From Chrysomallon squamiferum (lineage: Eukaryota; Animalia; Mollusca), in assembly GCA_012295275.1 (NCBI GenBank), contig CM022671.1, forward strand, positions 31,930,001-31,994,000: 64,000 nucleotides of DNA, read 5' to 3'. Numbering within the stretch: the stretch's first letter is position 1; the number at the start of each line of letters is the position of its first letter. Below are positions 62,301 to 64,000 of this stretch, piece by piece. The position numbers and the translations under genes were made by a program. The notes under the pieces were generated by a model. That model saw nothing but the letters and a program-made list of their open reading frames with translations. It ran no database searches and was not told where the DNA came from.

Positions 62301-63968
62301 ATATGTAGATCACTTATTAAATTAATTTTGGATTTTAATGAAAATTCAATTCGCTGGCATTCTGGTTACTGTTGACTAGATATTTTATAGAAATTGATGT
62401 TTGTTTCTACATCTGCACTTGTTTATGTGCATCTATTAAATAAATGATAAAATATGTGCATAGTTGATGTTTACATTTGATTTGTAAATTGTGAATAAAA
62501 TGTTACAACGAGTAGGGGGCTATGTCACTTTTAATTTGTTTGTTATCAACTCCATAAATCCATGAGATAGTTAACAAATTTTATCATAATATCATAGTGA
62601 AGATGTAAAACATGATTATGGATGTAAGGCACTAAGAAGTCCAACCATACTGATAAGTACAATAAACACCAATCAATGACTAATTACCAGACAGCCAGAA
62701 TGTCTGATCTGTGATCTCACCATAGTGTAACAGTAGAAACTGGGTCCCCTGCTGTTTCCAATCAGGTAGCCAATTGAGTTTACCTGGCTTACAGTTTGTC
62801 AAGGGTAATTAACAAATAACTCAAGCCTCTGGGGATGAAAACTGATCCAGTAATCATAATATACAGGATTCGGTTTATTAAAGGTTTTAATACACATAAT
62901 GTATACATGTAAATTCAGGACCTAACATGGCCGGAGTAGACGGTAATCCAGGATAACCAGTGACCAGTTTTGCCAGTTTCCACTGAATATTCACATATAT
63001 GTATATTTAAGGAACAGTCAGCAAATTCTGAAATAAATTTCCTTCTCAAACTAATCAGCATTAAATAATTTATGAAAAAAAAAAACTGATAAATAAATAC
63101 ACTGGAAATATTTGAAAAAACAAAATAGTAAAAAACTGTTGAAGGAGAAAATTTAAATAACTATTGATCAGTCTTAAAGATTCATGCTTTAACATCTGTA
63201 ACAACTCACCTGTGTTGGTTTCTTGATTACAATGCAGTGTACAAACACTCTTCTGATCTCATCCTGATCTGGTTCAGCAACATTCAGCACTTCTTTCAGA
63301 ATAATCTGCTGGGACACAACATCACCTGCTCGAGCCACCAAATCAATGTACACACGTCGAGTTTCTTGACACCTCTCGTCTTTGGAACTGCAAGTTTTGT
63401 TTAGAGTTGACTCCACATGATCATGATAGTCTGATTCATAGAGACTCTGCAGCAAAATTCTGATGTTTTGAATGCATGAAGAACGATTTGCATCAGCTGG
63501 AATGATAAAGCAGTAATTGAAATAATAAAAGAAAAAAAAAGATGATTTTTATTAATATTAATCTCATAGAAACTCTTAAAGAGTAATTTCCATCTGCTCA
63601 CATTCAAGTAGTAATTGAAAATTTTTTATTTTAAATATAGTATGGTTATGTTGGAGTATGCAGAGAATTACATTTTTAAGTAAAATACATAATTTTACAC
63701 ATATAAAAAAATAATACTAATTTGCCAATTGATTCCCAGAATCATTACCGTATTTAATTTGGTTGATTTATTAATAATTTTATTTAGTTATATTCAAAGT
63801 AAAGAGATATAAAGAAGATAAAAAGATGAAGATGAATACAGATATAATAAGCTTTGTGAAACATAAACATAAATATAGGAACTTACTGATGTCAGAGATG
63901 TTATGGACACATTCCATGTTTCCTTCTATATGAGAAATAACTTCATTCAGTCGTTTCTTTTCTTCAGT
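27537..63968 (-). CDS. Gene B (5'-partial): giant type I membrane protein, LLTP/vitellogenin-like + LECT2/M23-like + PAN + FN3-like repeats + Big_9/cadherin-like + TM
   Basis: 37 exons joined with consistent phases, 13,695 nt (4,565 codons) in window; continues beyond 64000. Confidence 0.88.
28131..29098 (-). CDS. Gene B exon 36: Big_9/cadherin-like Ig module + TM helix
   Basis: DAEGDELIF...QPKHGTANVSLDGLLQYMPQQDFTGVDEI...VDNVNDAP; TM LSAVIIAVIVVSCLIVLALIAAASF followed by RYYLKYK. Confidence 0.9.
29487..29569 (-). CDS. Gene B exon 35
   Basis: HAQVWRSIQEPCGMENQN...; phase 1-0. Confidence 0.75.
29969..30111 (-). CDS. Gene B exon 34
   Basis: LVSIQKPMFYLAPVPQ...YWDN; donor GTAAGT. Confidence 0.8.
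30407..30551 (-). CDS. Gene B exon 33
   Basis: Acceptor tctgttcag, donor GTGAGT, open frame, phase 1-2. Confidence 0.8.
30786..30908 (-). CDS. Gene B exon 32
   Basis: VKDKLLMTG...LDFE; phase 1-1. Confidence 0.75.
31300..31790. repeat. ~34-bp minisatellite (AACTAAATATGTAGAACCATATATTGATAATAAA)
   Basis: More than a dozen diverged tandem copies in an intron. Confidence 0.85.
31807..32106 (-). CDS. Gene B exon 31
   Basis: EWKIGSSSE...KPSCIK; donor GTAAGT. Confidence 0.85.
32490..35728 (-). CDS. Gene B exon 30 (3.2 kb, FN3-like repeats)
   Basis: 1114-aa ORF with DTTPPTAG, DESPP and DTSPP repeats; acceptor acttttag. Confidence 0.92.
36022..37460 (-). CDS. Gene B exon 29
   Basis: 481-aa ORF with the same repeats; acceptor ctttcag. 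Confidence 0.9.
37703..38391 (-). CDS. Gene B exon 28
   Basis: LVDKTTPVPG...DTTPP; donor GTAAGA. Confidence 0.9.
38420..39710. repeat. Extremely AT-rich degenerate tandem repeat (ATATAATTTATTTTAAATA-like)
   Basis: Recurring motif and very few G/C over ~1.3 kb of intron. Confidence 0.65.
39834..40018 (-). CDS. Gene B exon 27
   Basis: YQWGVGTKPNIDDIVPY...VSDG; phase 2-1. Confidence 0.85.
40520..40685. repeat. ~24-bp degenerate tandem repeat (CATGGATCCAGGACATCCACAGAT)
   Basis: Several copies visible. Confidence 0.65.
40965..41142 (-). CDS. Gene B exon 26
   Basis: IDRTPPEVGHVYDG...WIDFFDAESGIA. Confidence 0.85.
41550..41745. repeat. ~28-bp tandem repeat (TTTCAAACTGAATCATACTTTTAACTGA)
   Basis: About seven diverged copies. 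Confidence 0.7.
41764..42297 (-). CDS. Gene B exon 25
   Basis: ANWDGFHDDESGIWGY...DTSPP. Confidence 0.9.
42728..42822 (-). CDS. Gene B exon 24
   Basis: KIIDGPGSKTVFNGHKP...; phase 2-1. Confidence 0.8.
43678..44874 (-). CDS. Gene B exon 23: furin site, FN3-like repeat and PAN/apple domain
   Basis: KRHKR; QCARKCIDYGKKCISFDYETHTETCDLHE matches the PAN C-x3-C-x6-C-xSF-x-Y...C pattern. Confidence 0.9.
45581..45738 (-). CDS. Gene B exon 22
   Basis: IVVIPWVAGKIDASLS...; donor GTATGT. Confidence 0.8.
45780..46140. repeat. (GT)n-rich microsatellite region
   Basis: Long TG runs. Confidence 0.9.
46214..46284 (-). CDS. Gene B exon 21
   Basis: QFSAGGAIGTKFRAKTESVKSLVR; donor GTAAGT. Confidence 0.8.
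46700..47060. repeat. Probable interspersed repeat remnant (AAGGGCCATAACTC motif on minus strand)
   Basis: Motif plus AAAATGGCGGCC recalls common mollusc non-autonomous DNA elements; no family assignment possible. Confidence 0.35.
47325..47496 (-). CDS. Gene B exon 20
   Basis: LDSQPRQLYAEF...FPVGPFIFKI; donor GTAAGT; weak acceptor (A-run + TCTAG). Confidence 0.7.
47723..47973 (-). CDS. Gene B exon 19 (two furin-type sites)
   Basis: HLRTKRS...GREKRQ; donor GTGGGT. Confidence 0.85.
48092..48941 (-). mobile_element. Truncated Academ (AcademX-type) DNA transposon: one TAG terminus, ~160-bp subterminal repeat x2, transposase fragment
   Basis: Minus-strand terminus TAGTCTGGTTGCCAAACC (Academ ends are TAG..CTA); fragment RAEREADWPHHLWAV..MMPYFFASAHFNYARY...RHKPGLWNGIWSDMWIET; duplicated block 48481-48630 / 48642-48793. 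Confidence 0.75.
49478..49654 (-). CDS. Gene B exon 18
   Basis: SKDLFSPGIK...KVNYT; phase 1-1. Confidence 0.8.
50200..50465. repeat. ~42-bp degenerate minisatellite (AGGCCTAATACTTATGACTTTT...TTTTATGTTAT)
   Basis: About six copies. Confidence 0.7.
50585..50788 (-). CDS. Gene B exon 17
   Basis: CPEFRNG...CSADDDCLGVVCET; donor GTATGT. Confidence 0.85.
51788..52065 (-). CDS. Gene B exon 16
   Basis: EHMKNFFDEI...; donor GTAAGT. Confidence 0.85.
52906..53477 (-). CDS. Gene B exon 15: C-terminal part of LECT2/M23-like domain
   Basis: IPCPVNAMV...IGIS...SHIHVAM...LDPSPFL. Confidence 0.9.
53720..54500. repeat. ~40-bp minisatellite (ATACAGTATATTTGCATGTGCTTGGAGATGCATGTATGT) with a ~178-bp higher-order duplication
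   Basis: Tandem copies; ~54058-54230 nearly repeats at ~54236-54410; source of spurious ORFs. Confidence 0.88.
54607..54787 (-). CDS. Gene B exon 14: N-terminal part of LECT2/M23-like domain
   Basis: RKGCDDTCGCGTYP...TPGVDL resembles LECT2 RxCDxxGCGxY...HxGVD. Confidence 0.85.
55069..55238 (-). CDS. Gene B exon 13
   Basis: SNSVEEG...AFKEA, amphipathic helical; phase 0-2. Confidence 0.8.
55409..55554 (-). CDS. Gene B exon 12
   Basis: DKSTWMSNGGE...GLTQI; donor GTAAGT. Confidence 0.8.
56012..56082 (-). CDS. Gene B exon 11
   Basis: YQLGMARVLKSNSIIWEITSLLK; phase 2-1. Confidence 0.75.
56396..56538 (-). CDS. Gene B exon 10
   Basis: NIADVAMVGLPFAEKE...; phase 0-2. Confidence 0.8.
57130..57474 (-). 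CDS. Gene B exon 9 (amphipathic helical region)
   Basis: DFSVNLAKD...MDFYN; donor GTATGT. Confidence 0.85.
57632..57777 (-). CDS. Gene B exon 8
   Basis: PLSGFVDLNVDDK...CYKGRLEYNMNIYK. Confidence 0.8.
58107..58354. mobile_element. Short degenerate MITE with GACCATTTATC-type inverted ends
   Basis: GGACCATTTATCAGG at ~58116 versus reverse-complement CAGACCATTTATCCAG at ~58346; homologous to 3712-3808. Confidence 0.5.
58419..58591 (-). CDS. Gene B exon 7 (RVKR furin-type site)
   Basis: NQYNYHTVMRVKRSFLDK...; donor GTAAGA. Confidence 0.85.
59025..59155 (-). CDS. Gene B exon 6
   Basis: SALALFESAMFDEDETVRKMARE..., matching the D-x-D-x-x-V-R helix end seen in LLTPs. Confidence 0.85.
59870..60090 (-). 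CDS. Gene B exon 5: LLTP/vitellogenin-N helical motif
   Basis: LIHSLGNAALKRSLPHI...WKRAAITALR resembles the LLTP LxALGNxG...RxAAxxALR motif; RVKR site. Confidence 0.85.
61304..61444 (-). CDS. Gene B exon 4
   Basis: TQRRACLALGSLAKNL matches the LLTP A-x-L-A-L-G-S-L helix; donor GTAAGT. Confidence 0.8.
61791..61845 (-). CDS. Gene B exon 3
   Basis: DFLEAIERFCLGVNNSLH; phase 0-1. Confidence 0.75.
61903..62985. mobile_element. pogo/Tigger-like MITE (~1.08 kb)
   Basis: Inverted ends CAGTGGAAACTGACAAAACC and GTTTTGCCAGTTTCCACTG; TA target sites degenerate. Confidence 0.7.
63210..63496 (-). CDS. Gene B exon 2 in window (LLTP helical domain)
   Basis: RRVYIDLVARAGDVVSQQII...KKPTQ resembles LLTP 'lDal..aGt..s' and 'PT' motifs; donor GTGAGT. 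Confidence 0.85.
63887..63968 (-). CDS. Gene B first exon in window (internal exon)
   Basis: Acceptor ttttacag, TEEKKRLNEVISH..., donor GTAAGT. Confidence 0.8.
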
Positions 63969-64000
63969 CTGTAAAATCAATGTAAAGAAAATTTGTTTCA

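Noticed and set aside
59025-63968. Calling gene B vitellogenin, apolipophorin or MTP
   Set aside because: Only the LLTP-like helical motifs match; downstream architecture and TM anchor differ, so no gene symbol is assigned

Overview
AT-rich animal genomic DNA with GT-AG introns, CpG depletion and many micro/minisatellites; the repeat and gene style suggests a mollusc or other lophotrochozoan (inference). The window holds two giant convergent multi-exon genes that I assembled by hand with splice phases checked at every junction. Gene A (+, 4534-20323, 16 exons, ~3,200 aa) looks secreted: possible signal peptide, one EGF-like module, then many FN3/Ig-like 'DxTPPxxG...WxGFxDxESGI' repeats; it carries a 1-bp frameshift near 18527. 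Gene B (-, starts beyond 64000 and ends at 27537 or 26324; 37 exons and ~4,560 aa inside the window) is a type I membrane protein. It combines a vitellogenin/large-lipid-transfer-like helical region, a degenerate LECT2/M23-like domain, a PAN/apple domain, the same FN3-like repeats, a Big_9/cadherin-like Ig module, a TM helix and five furin-type sites. Its last exon is tandemly duplicated, giving two possible tails. Also present: an Academ transposon remnant, Tc2-like and pogo-like MITEs, a minisatellite apparently amplified from a MITE terminus, and a CpG-rich intergenic patch with cryptic minus-strand exon-like segments. Domain calls come from motif recognition by eye, not database searches.
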